A stretch of DNA of 64,000 nucleotides, taken from the NCBI RefSeq assembly GCF_006345805.1, contig NC_042998.1, forward strand, positions 104,594,001 through 104,658,000, written 5' to 3'. The stretch comes from Octopus sinensis. Lineage: Eukaryota. Below, one piece after another: positions 40,420 through 51,904 of this stretch. The stretch's first letter is position 1; every line of letters begins with the position of its first letter. Under the pieces are notes generated by a model. That model was not told where the DNA came from, ran no database searches, and saw nothing but the letters and a program-made list of their open reading frames with translations. The position numbers and the translations under genes are program-made.

Positions 40420-42420
40420 AATGATTTGGGCGGAGTGACCCATATCTAGTTAGCAACTTCCTTGTCTTTCTGTCCAAGGTGTTTAGTTCGTCTAGTGTCC
40501 ATGCCGTTACCCCTGCTCCACATCTGAGGAGTGAAACCACCCAGGTGTTGATAGCTTCGATCTTGTTCCGTCCGTTTAATTTCGACTTAAAGATCAGTCT
40601 CAATCTGTGCAAATATTCCACCTTAAATTTTTCTGTCATTTCTTTCTCCATCAATTTATCCATTTCCGAAATCCCCAAGTAGGCGTAGGAGTGCCGTGTA
40701 GTAAGTAGCTTGCTTACGAACCACACAGTTCCGAGTTCAGTTCCACTGCGTGGCACCTTGGGTATGTGTCTTCTACTATAGCCTCAAGCCGACCAAAGCC
40801 TTGTGAGTGGATTTGGTAGACGGAAACTGAAAGAAGCCTGTCGTATATATGTATATATATATATATATGTGCGTGTATATGTTTGTTTGCCTGTGTTTGT
40901 CACCCCAACATCGCTTGACGATCAATGCTGGTGTATTTACGTTCCCGTAACTTTGCGGTTCGGCAAAAGATATCGATAGAATAAGTACCAGGCTTACAAA
41001 GAATAAGTCCTGGGATCGATTTGCTCGACTAAAAGGCAGTGCTCCAGTATGGCCACAGTTAAATGACTGAAACAAGTAAAAGAGTAAGGACTTATAGCCC
41101 GCCTCTTCTCTGTTTCATAACCTCCTCCGACGGTATCGTTAGCCCGTTCATACATTTGAACTTCATTCTGATATTAGCACTGAAGGTATACACCGTATCA
41201 ACGAGGGAACTGACTTGGGCTTCATCTTAACCATAAACTTTGAGGTCATCTATGAATAACAAATGGTTGACTTTTTGTTGGCGGCGTTTTGAATATATAC
41301 CCTTTTACTTTCTCAGGATCAGTAGGGACATGCAGTCCCCTTGGAACATGCCCCTCTTAATTTCTACTGTCCCTAAACTCCTTCCTTATGCTGTTAGGTC
41401 CGTTCTCCAATTCGCCATACTTTTTCCAAGCAATCGCTCAATATTCGATGCCATACCAAATAGGTTTATCCACTCCATAATCCAAGAATGTGGGATCATA
41501 TCATACTCCTTTTGATAGTCGATCCATGACATGGCTAAGTTACTTTTCCTCCTCTTGCAGTCTGTAAGTACAGTTTTGTCTATCAGGAATTGTTCATTGG
41601 TACCTCTGCACTTACGCTTGCAACACTTGTGCTCATGTGGCATGATTCCATATTTTCCCCAGGTGTTCGTACATTGACTCTGCGAGTATGCCATATAAGG
41701 GGCAAACAGGATATCGGCCTGTAATTGTCTACTGTATTGCCTTTTACGATGTTTTTAAGGCACAGCGCTGTCCTGCCCAATGTCAAGCACTCTGGTGTTA
41801 CTTGGTCGGTGTTGAGTTGCGCAGCTATTTGTGCATGACATTCACCAAATGTTTTGATCCAGTAGCATTTAACTCCAACTGTTCCCGGGGCCTTCCACTT
41901 GTTAATTTTTTTGCTGATTTCCTTCCATTCCCCAACTGAAATGATTAGTTCTGCCTGTTGTTGAGAGATTACTGTTTATTTCAGTGCTTGCAAACATTCA
42001 GCATTCTTCCTGTGCTCCTTGTGTTTGCTCCAGATGTCACTCTAAAACCTTTGACTTTCAATGTTATCTGGTATCAACTTTTCATCTGTACACTCACCAT
42101 TTATTTCTTTATAAAATCTCTTCTGATCTACTCTGAATAACCTATTCTGCTGGTAATCCTTCATTCTTTGGTCGTATCTTACCATCTTTGCTTTCTTTGC
42201 AACGAGGCGCTGTTTCATTCCTCAATTACTACTTTCAGGCTCTTTCTTTCAATATCACACTTCCTTTTCAGCGCCCTGTATTTTTTTTCGCTTTTAAGCC
42301 CCCTTTCTCTTTTCTGTCTAACACAGATATTTCCTCCTAGAGCATGTCTAACCCTGCCTGGATTCTTCTTTTCCACTATGGATATTTTCTTTCGTCGCTT
42401 CCATTATGTTTCTTTTTCTT
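40420..42420 (-). pseudogene. R4/Dong-like LINE RT region, interrupted by a SINE
   Basis: [70 protein letters not shown]. Confidence 0.85.
40683..41088 (+). mobile_element. SINE-A, full length, inserted in the LINE
   Basis: ggcgtaggagtgccgtgtagtaag ... cagttaaatgactgaaacaagtaaaagagta. Confidence 0.9.
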
Positions 42421-42479
42421 GACATCAACACACACATTTTCTGCTACAACAATACTTAAGAAGTAAGTATTGCCTTAAG

Positions 42480-42810
42480 AAGTCTTGAAGTTTTAATGGG
42501 ATTGAGCCCAACGCTCCGATCACCACTGGTATCACTTTCACATTACCCTCTCGCATTCCATACAGTCATGCCACTTTCACTTTCAATTCGGAGAACTTGG
42601 TGATTTTTTCAACCACTTTAATCACAACATTCATGTCATTTTGTACGACTACACCAATGATCTGGCAGTATTTGTCTCTCTTATTCAATATGACAATATC
42701 CGGCCGACGGTGTTTGATTAGGCGAACCGTCTGAAAATCATAGTCCCAGAGTATCATCGTTACTTTTCCATAGTGGGTCGCATTTTCCAAGTGGGTCACA
42801 TTTTTCACAC
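42480..42810 (-). pseudogene. R4/Dong-like restriction-like endonuclease domain fragment
   Basis: ILWDYDFQTVRLIKHRRPDIVILNK...EKITKFSELK. Confidence 0.8.
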
Positions 42811-44144
42811 TCTTTCTTTACTGTAGGTAATTGACATTAAAGATAGATACAGGAGTAAGGTACTTGATAATTCACTCCAGGCGCATAGCATGTATTTCCG
42901 TACGTACACCAAAGAAAAATAAAAATAAATTAAATTTGTTACTACTTAAAGACTTCGCAAATGAGTTTTTAAAGAATTTCCGAATATGCGAAATGAAGTC
43001 AAAAATTATCCGCACTATCACCAAAACCTTTTTTAGACTGGCTGAACTTGCTTTCAGCTCTTGCATGCTAAAAAGTGATACACTTAAGGTTACGTGACCG
43101 AGGTGTGATCTTGATCGCTACAGTTTTCTTTTTGTAATACAGAGTAAGCATGGCCGCTCTGCCGGTAGGGTACATCAAGGAAGAACAGAGTTCAGTGACC
43201 CCATTTTTCTTGTCTGAAGGTGTTTCAAGGGAATCTTTCAGTCCTACGCCTTAAGAGGGCTGCATCATATTCTAATAATCGGTACGGTTGTAGATTATGC
43301 AGCACTAAGCTGTATGAAATATTATAGCTTCAAGTTGACCTACTTAATAGAAAAACTGAACTCAGGCTTAACTCTTTGCATCTGGTTCGAAGAGTGTTCA
43401 CGTACTTTAAACCTGCGGCGTAAAATCTATAATTTCCTGTATCTATTTCTTTTAAGGGAATTTAGGTAGTTAGTCTCATGTTCTCCACCTTGATTTTTAG
43501 GTTCTATATCGACAATGGATATGTCTTATCAACATATGGAAAGATGCACAACCTGCATAAATATATCGCGTAATATAACTGTAGTACAGTGTATGACCTC
43601 ACTTCGGACCGGTGTCTGCTTCGTTATTATTTTATCATATTAAATATAATTATATTATTTTCTTATTAGATTACACTGGAGTCGTATGTACAGATATACA
43701 CTTGTATTGTATTTATATAAATATAATTGAAAAAAGGAGCCAACAAAAAGGAGTACAGTTGGACATTTATTTTTTAATCCCTACAATTGTTTCGATGCAA
43801 CGTAGTTCTCCAGATGTGCAGGTATTTGATTATGCAACTGTTACCCTGCATTATGAGATCTAGTTGTGCTTCCTCAGCTGACATGTAAATATTGTCTCCG
43901 TAAGTTTAAAATGCTCGGGTTCAAGAACATGTTATCTGTCACTCGTGGCCTGAATTTAGTAGTAGTCACTGAGGTTATCAGGGTGTCTTTTTTTCAGTTA
44001 CCTATTAACAATCGACAGATATCCAAACGCCAAACTGCAACTATGTATAATACCACTGCCGGATAGCGCAGGCTAAATATGAAGATGGATAAGCCTTATG
44101 GTATACTCTACTACTTTCTTAACAAAATATACCATAACTATATA

Positions 44145-44182
<38 letters not shown>

Positions 44183-44320
44183 TATATATACATACATACA
44201 TACATATATGTACGTATATATAGATATGTATGTGTGTATATATGTATGTAATGTATATATGTATATATATATGTAATGTATGTATGTATATGTGTATATA
44301 TACATACATACATACACACA

Positions 44321-44384
<64 letters not shown>

Positions 44385-44446
44385 TTGAAATTTACTGAAA
44401 AGCAAAAGACGAAGACAGGTGTATAAACAACAGGCAGGTGAAAAGT

Positions 44447-44482
44447 CTTTGACGTTTCGAGCCTACGCTCTTCAACAGAAAG
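44447..44482 (-). ncRNA. Minimal type I hammerhead with U6 core variant, in a solo PLE terminal repeat (44386-44530)
   Basis: CUUU-CUGUUGA-A-GAGC-guag-GCUC-GAAA-CG-UC^-AAAG; palindromic ACGU stem III. Confidence 0.75.
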
Positions 44483-45069
44483 GAACTCGAAGAAATAAAC
44501 AGAGAGAGACAGAATAAAAAATAACACTTCGTGCATTGAGTACATATCAAATTTTATTAATCTTGACCAATATTTTGCAAGTAATGAACAATTTTCATCA
44601 AAACAATGATATATCATGCAAAGCTTCTGATGCTATCACCATCAATACCTTTGATTTCGCCACCTTCCCCTCCACCACCACCACCATCACCACCATCATC
44701 ACCGTCGCCTTCGCTTCTTTCACAACTACAGCTCATACTATTACTATTACCCCATTACCATCGTTACCATCTACTACCGCACTCAGTGTCTCTGTGCCTA
44801 CTATTACTTTCACTCTAAGATGAGGAATAGTAGATGTGTCATTGAATTGTGAGAAAGGAGGTCAAAGTGACCAACACACTGACACCCAGAAATTCATTTT
44901 GGCATTTATTATTATAGATTATCATTAGCAGTAAATATATAAATAATGCCCTTCTATTATAATTATTTACTAATTATAAAATTTTATTGATTTGTCATAT
45001 AACGGCATTATTGCTTGCTGGCCTCTAATATCATTATTATTAATTATTTATATATTTACTGTTAATTAT

Positions 45070-45071
45070 GA

Positions 45072-45160
<89 letters not shown>

Positions 45161-45178
45161 ATAATAATAATAATAATG

Positions 45179-45242
<64 letters not shown>

Positions 45243-45253
45243 TAATAATAATA
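45070..45253. repeat. Compound (TAC)n(AAT)n microsatellite
   Basis: Direct reading. Confidence 0.95.
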
Positions 45254-45750
45254 TGCCCTGATGCAGTACCAGGCAGTGGCTCTCGTGGCTTCTGATCTTA
45301 ACTGATTGGAAGTGTTATCATGTACATTGTTTTGTCTTTGTATAAAAGATGGGCTACAGCAAATATTCTGCTCAATACCACAGATTTGCTTGTCAGTTGT
45401 TTGAAGTTAACCAGTTGGGCATGTCACTTAATGGCTGGCGATATGTGCATCTCTGATCAGGAGTAGAAATAGTAGGGAGCATCATAGCCATGTGTTCAGA
45501 GGGATTCTTTGGGGTTTGAATAATTCACCTCTGGAAACATGGGAGTTTCGTTCAACATCCTTAAACAACCCTTATTCAGGGACCTTTTCAGCGGGATGGG
45601 CTACTCGACCAGAAGAAAATTCTAACAGGGCCCCACCTGCAAGGTCATGTGCTGTTTATCTTGATATGAGATCACCATGTCGCGTACATATGGTTGTGAT
45701 GCATGTGCTTGCTGTACCCTTATCAGACGGGTAGTCATGATGGTCATACT
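45254..45750 (-). mobile_element. Probable LINE 3' UTR running into the (ATT)n tract
   Basis: Non-microsatellite sequence ending ...ggtactgcatcagggcat-(att)n on the minus strand; family not established. Confidence 0.4.
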
Positions 45751-45764
45751 GGGCTTCGTATATT

Positions 45765-46155
45765 TTACCCCACAGAAAGTCTGATCATTGCTGCGCAAGA
45801 CCAGGTTCTCGCTGCCAATTCAGCGAAGTATACCACCTATAAAACTTCTGAAACCCAGAAATGCAGACTCTATGGAAAAAGTGTGGAAAATGTGACCCAC
45901 TTGGTAAGTGGATGTGAGAGCCTTGCACAAAAAGAATACAAGCTTAGAAAGCGGGTCTTGAAGTGCAGAAAACTTGTTACAAATACCAAAACTGCTGTCT
46001 ATAAGGCATACATCCTCAGCACACTGCTTTACGACAGCGAGACATAGTGCCTCTACACCAGACAAGAGCGGCGTCTCAACGTCTTCCACCTTCGTAGTCT
46101 GGGACGCATATCAAGTGGACCTACTGAGTCACCAACACTGAAGTTCTCAACGGCA
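45765..46155 (+). pseudogene. Fused LINE fragments: R4/Dong zinc knuckle + RTE-like thumb
   Basis: TESLIIAAQDQVL..KCRLYGKSVENVTHLVSGC..LAQKEYK joined to TKTAVYKAYILSTLLYDSET*CLY.RQERRLNVFHLRSL. Confidence 0.75.
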
Positions 46156-46378
46156 TCAAAATGCATAGTCACTCTGCTCCAGCAGTGCCGTCTGCGCTGG
46201 CTCGGTCATATATAAACTTTTTCCAGTTTATTGTACTTCGATACGAAAACAATTCCACAATCTTCCATGTCAATAAACTACTATTGTCCCTGAAAGATGT
46301 TTTTTATATTTTGTATCGATGGCTTGAAGCTAGCTTCTTTCCTACACCTCGATCCTGAATCTCATATACATTATATAT

Positions 46379-46474
<96 letters not shown>

Positions 46475-47646
46475 ACATATATGTATGTATACACAATAAA
46501 AAAAATCCAAACGAACACTTTTAAGCTTTCTGTAGGTGTTACAATTGACAAGCTAATTTGGACAGTGAAAGCCATTGCAATCCACATACTCTTGTCCAAG
46601 TTTTAGAACGAATGAATTCAGTATAAGTACAAAGATCATTGCAGAAATAAAAAAAACCCTTTAATCAGCTTGCATTCGTTTCGGATACAGTGATATAACA
46701 TAATACCTTGATTCATTAATCAAGTATTACGATTCTACAGAGATTGAGAAATTAACACCAAAATATTCTCAAGCTCCGCTACACTGCTTAGAACAGAAAG
46801 CAGAGAATAATAGTAGTAAGCTAACAATTTTTGGTCAAAATAAGAGGTACATTTGTGAACCTTTATATAAATATTTATATATACATATACAGAGAGAGAG
46901 AGAGAGAAGAGAGAGATAAATAGATAAATAAAAACATATACGCATTCATTCACAGCATACAAACATATATTCAGTGAAATTTTGTTTATTTTATTTCGTT
47001 TTTGGATTTGCTTTGCAAGATTCTTTATATGAGTTCGTGTGTTGAAGCATATTCAGTTGTGTTTGGGGAGAGTCATTCTCTTTTAGTGCCTTATTATTTA
47101 ACACACTCACCGGTAAAATTTCCACTTATTTCTTTTTTTTATTTGTTTATTTTGTTGTACAAAATCGAAAGTACTATATGAAGCTTTATTTTGAAAGTTT
47201 TACGTTTGTTGATATATGTAAAACATTTGTATTCCACAGGAATCTCGTCAGTAATACTGGTTGGAACGTTGTTGAGAATCATTAATAGTACCAATGTAAC
47301 TTTGGTAGGTAATGCGTTGAATCTGTTCTTTCGTCGATTATGCGACTATCGCTGGATTGATATTGTCATAAATACTAGAACCATTCAGTAAAACATTTGT
47401 TTCCCGAGTTATTAAGAATTTACATATTGTATTTATACTTCCTGTACTTTTATTAATTGTGATGACACATTCTCTCCTTTCCTGTGCCGAAACCCATGTC
47501 ATATGATCTGTATTGGCAGAATCACAATCAGTTAACGTCATACGTCTCACTATTCCCTAAGCATTTTCTAACATGAGCAGTCACTAAAATACGTTTACCT
47601 GAATGAAATTGGTACCCCCCCCCCCACACACATACACAAACACACA

Positions 47647-47702
<56 letters not shown>

Positions 47703-48049
47703 GAGTTAAGGAATGGAGTAATGAGGCAGAAAAGATCTGGGTTACATATGTTTCACAGCGAGCGGGACCTCGGAAGTGGTACCTGATACTCAATAGCACT
47801 GGTCGCCTACCGGGAAATATAAAAAAGAACCTTTTCCAGTTTATCGTACTTCGATACGAAAAATTCCACAACCTTCCATCTCAATAAATACTATTGTCCC
47901 TGAAAATTGTTTTTATATATTTACTACAGATGGTTTGAAGCTAGCTTCTTTCTCACGCCTCGATCCCTGAATCTAATTTATGCATACATACATACATACA
48001 TACATACATACATACATACATACATACATTCATACATACATACATATAT

Positions 48050-48116
<67 letters not shown>

Positions 48117-48257
48117 CATATATACATAAAGTAATACATTTGTATTGCATTATTATTTTCATTGAAACTTCTTCACTGTTCTCGTTCTGTTAACGTTTTG
48201 GCGTTCAGACGAGTGTACTGGCATTGATGTGGCAACATTTGAAATTTTGTCTAGGTA

Positions 48258-48330
48258 AATGCTGCTGGTGAAGACTAATCAAATTTATGTTGTCAAACGT
48301 ATTTGAAGAGTTAGAAACCGGTCCTGCATT
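48258..48330 (+). ncRNA. Slightly decayed type I hammerhead (G6)
   Basis: AAUGCUG-CUGGUGA-long stem II-GAAA-CCGG-UC^-CUGCAUU; stem I 6/7 paired, palindromic ACCGGU. Confidence 0.6.
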
Positions 48331-48525
48331 AATTATCCGATTCTAGGTTGTCCATTTATCGAATGTTCTTCTTAAGACAAATTTTTTTTCAAGTTTGTTG
48401 CACACACACGTCTTTGCTTGTATATACGAAGTGAAGCTATACAATAGCGGCGTATTTATATCGATTGCTATTTTCCAGTAAATATTGGCGCCTTGTTGTA
48501 CCATTTATCTACTTTTATATATATA

Positions 48526-48920
48526 CTAGCAGTATCGCCCGGCGTTGCTCGGGTTTGTAAGGGAAATAATTATATAAGCATTTTTAGAGATGTAAAGTAT
48601 AATAGCCATCTCAATATGGCTAACCACAAAGGGGGAGGGGTGTTACTGTAGCTTTTTACGTTCTGAGATTTAATAATAAATTTTAGAGAGTTACTTCCCT
48701 TATATATGTCAAAAATGGATTAAAAATGGGAAAAATTGATGGTAAATTTTTTTTTAAATCGTAGACTCATCGTAGACGCGCGCTAATACCCAGACGGTCT
48801 CGATATGAATCACGACTATAAGATACCCGGTTTTGGTTAAACTGCACCGCAAAATGTGGGAGTAGTTAGGAATCTAAATCGTAGGAGACAGACACACAAC
48901 CTCACTTTTATATATAAAGA
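48526..48920 (-). mobile_element. Non-autonomous Helitron, shorter copy of the 28508-29139 family
   Basis: Minus strand A|TC...cccgagcaacgccggg...CTAG|T. Confidence 0.85.
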
Positions 48921-49076
48921 TTTCCTCTATTTACATAATATTGAGGTCTCTTTCTTTCTTTTGTTATCTTACTGTTTTTACCAATATACATATATATATA
49001 AATATATATATAGTTACAGAGATGTACTTGCATAGCAAGTGACTTGATCTGAGATCGTGTGCTGGAACGAAAACAG

Positions 49077-49335
49077 TTGCAGCGTTGAAGGTGTTTATAA
49101 GCCATTTAAGAAACACACAAAAACCGTTAGATTCACTTCAACATTTAAATTTAATTTGTCAAAATATTTTCGTCGCTTTGAGACCGCGACCTGTTAGCAC
49201 GATATTTTTGTCAGTGAACAGGTCGCGGTCTCAAAGCGACGAAAATATTTTGGCAAATTAAATTTAAATATTGAAGTGGATGTAACGGTTTTTGTGTGTT
49301 TCTTAAATGGCTTACAAACACCTTCCAGGCTGCAA
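49077..49335. repeat. Inverted repeat: arms 49077-49195 and 49217-49335
   Basis: ~119-bp arms, 21-bp spacer, few mismatches. Confidence 0.95.
49207..49257 (+). ncRNA. Minimal type I hammerhead with G3:C8 covariant core
   Basis: UUUGUCA-GUGAACA-G-GUCGC-ggucucaaa-GCGAC-GAAA-AUAU-UU^-UGGCAAA. Confidence 0.7.
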
Positions 49336-49424
49336 TATATATATACACACATATATATATATATGTATGTATGTATGTATGTGTGTATATGTGTATGCAT
49401 GTATGTGTGTGTGTGTGCGTGTCT

Positions 49425-49635
49425 GTGCTTGTGATTGTCCTCCACCACTGCTTGACAACGAATGTTGGTTTGTTTACATCCCTGTCACCTAGTGGTTTGA
49501 CAAAGGAAACAGATAGAATAAGTACAATGCTTACAAAAATAAAACTGGAGTTGATTCATTAAACTACAATTCTTCAAGGCATTGCCCCAGCATGGCCACA
49601 GACCAATGGCTGGAAAAAGCAGAAGAATAAAAGAA
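49425..49635 (+). mobile_element. Degenerate SINE-A 3' half
   Basis: ccaccactgcttgacaac...gatagaataagtac...ccccagcatggccacagacc. Confidence 0.65.
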
Positions 49636-49703
49636 TACATTCTCTGCTTTGGTCTTATGTTCAAGGCATGAGAAAGCTTGAGTTTACATGAGAAGGCCTA
49701 ACA

Positions 49704-50180
49704 GACCTGGTAGAAACAGCAGCCAAATCTCCCTCAAATCACACCTTACTGTCTTATGTATGTATATATATATGAGCCAATGAGGGGGACATCTACATGG
49801 TAGCTAGACCTGGTAGAAATAGCAGCCAAATTTCCCCCAAATCACACCTTACTGTCTTATCTATGTATATATGTATGTATGAGCCTATGAGGGAGACCCC
49901 TACATGGCAGCTAGACCTGGTAGAAATAGCAGCCAAATTTCCCCCAAATCACACCTTACTGTCTTATCTATGTATATATGTATGTATGAGCCTATGAGGG
50001 AGACCCCTACATGGCAGCTAAACCTGGTAGAAATAGCAGCCAAATTTCCCCCAAATCACACCTTACTGTCTTATCTATGTATATATGTATGTATGAGCCT
50101 ATGAGGGAGACCCCTACATGGCAGCTAGACATGGTAGAAATAGCAGCCAAATCTCCCTCAAATCACACCTTACTGTCTTA
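49704..50180. repeat. 107-bp tandem repeat, ~4.5 units
   Basis: Units start at 49704, 49807, 49914, 50021, 50128. Confidence 0.95.
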
Positions 50181-50734
50181 TCTTTCTGCTACTTGGATAT
50201 AGGTGTTATATTCGTCGTAAAAAACTTTACGCACACGCACACACACACACACACACGCACCCTCACACACACACACACGCGCACACCCACACACACCCAC
50301 TCACACACACGCACGTTAGCTTACAATTTTATTTATATATTTGCGTGTCTATGTGTTGAAAGAGGAAGTGGGAGGCAGAGTGAAAGAATCACTCACTACA
50401 GTAAGTCAATTACTTTCATTTTATTCGTTGCCCACTGTGTGTGTGCGTTTGCGTGTGCTGTAAACCAGACTAAGAAAAACATTTGACACACACACCAGAA
50501 TGTGAGTTTTCTGTAAATTTTGCTTAATTGGAGTTTAAATTTTAAAAACTGGACCTGGCATGACGCGATGCATTGTACTCTTAAAAATGCAAGGTAAATT
50601 GTAATTGAAGAAATCCTAAATTGTAGATTTGTATAACTCCCAAAGGGAGGCAGATAAAATCTGCCTTTTATAATAAGAGATATACATATATATATATAAA
50701 TATATATAAAAGTAGATAAATGGTATGTATGTAT

Positions 50735-50773
<39 letters not shown>

Positions 50774-51194
50774 CAGAATTAAAAGTCCAAACGAACACTT
50801 TTTAACTTTCTGTAGGTGTTAAATTTGGCAAACCAGATTGGTAAGTGAAACTGTCATCATACTCTTGTCCAATTTTTACTCTAAAGTTCGTATAACGAAT
50901 GATTTCAGTAAAGGTTCAAAGATCATTGTAGAAAAAACCTTTCATCAGCTTGCGTTTGTTTCGGATACAATGATATAACATAATACCTTGATTTATTAAT
51001 CAAGCATTACGATTCTACAGAGATTGAGAAATTAACACCAACATATTCTCAAGCTCCACTACGATGCTTAGAACAGAAAGCAGAGAATAATAGTAGTAAG
51101 CTAACAATTTTTGCGGAAAGTAAGAGGTACATTTGTGAACCTTTATATAAATATTTATATATAAATATTTATATATAAATATTTATATATACAT

Positions 51195-51277
<83 letters not shown>

Positions 51278-51701
51278 GAGAGAGAGAGAGAGAAACAGAG
51301 AGAGAGAGAGAGAGAAATAAATAAATGAATAAATATCTGTACGCATTCATTCACAGCATACAAATATATATTCAGTGAGCTTTTGTTTATTTTGCTGTAC
51401 AAAATCGAAAGTACTATAAGGGACCTTACTTTGGAAGTTTGTACAGTTTTACGTATGTGAAACATTTGTATGTTTTATGAAGTCATTGTTATCAATTTGC
51501 GTTCAGGTACATTATGTGATTACCAGTAGGTTTGGGATGAGGATTCTAGTGTTGTGAAGAAGAAAGCCGAAACCCTTACCTCGAGTGTGGTTGGCAATGA
51601 ATGTGTCAGCATGTGAGTGCTTTAGTATGACTAAAATTCTCAGACCTCTCAGGATGTAATACGCTTCTAGCGTTTATGTTTACAGTGGAGCCCTTAGGTA
51701 A

Positions 51702-51777
<76 letters not shown>

Positions 51778-51804
51778 TTATCTGTCTATCTATCTATCTA
51801 TCTG

Positions 51805-51904
<100 letters not shown>

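Noticed and set aside
40683-40760. tRNA-like A/B boxes in SINE heads
   Set aside because: No cloverleaf or acceptor stem; they are SINE promoters, not tRNA genes.
43775-43885. HHR-like CUGAGGA ... GAAA-CAAUUG-UA on the minus strand
   Set aside because: Core and stem III palindrome are present but stem I cannot pair; at best a relic.
44992-45295. Poly-Thr/Asn and poly-Leu/Ile ORFs
   Set aside because: Pure (TAC)n(AAT)n microsatellite.
49704-50180. Possible CRISPR array or tandem retrozyme
   Set aside because: No unique spacers, eukaryotic context, and no CUGANGA/GAAA core on either strand.
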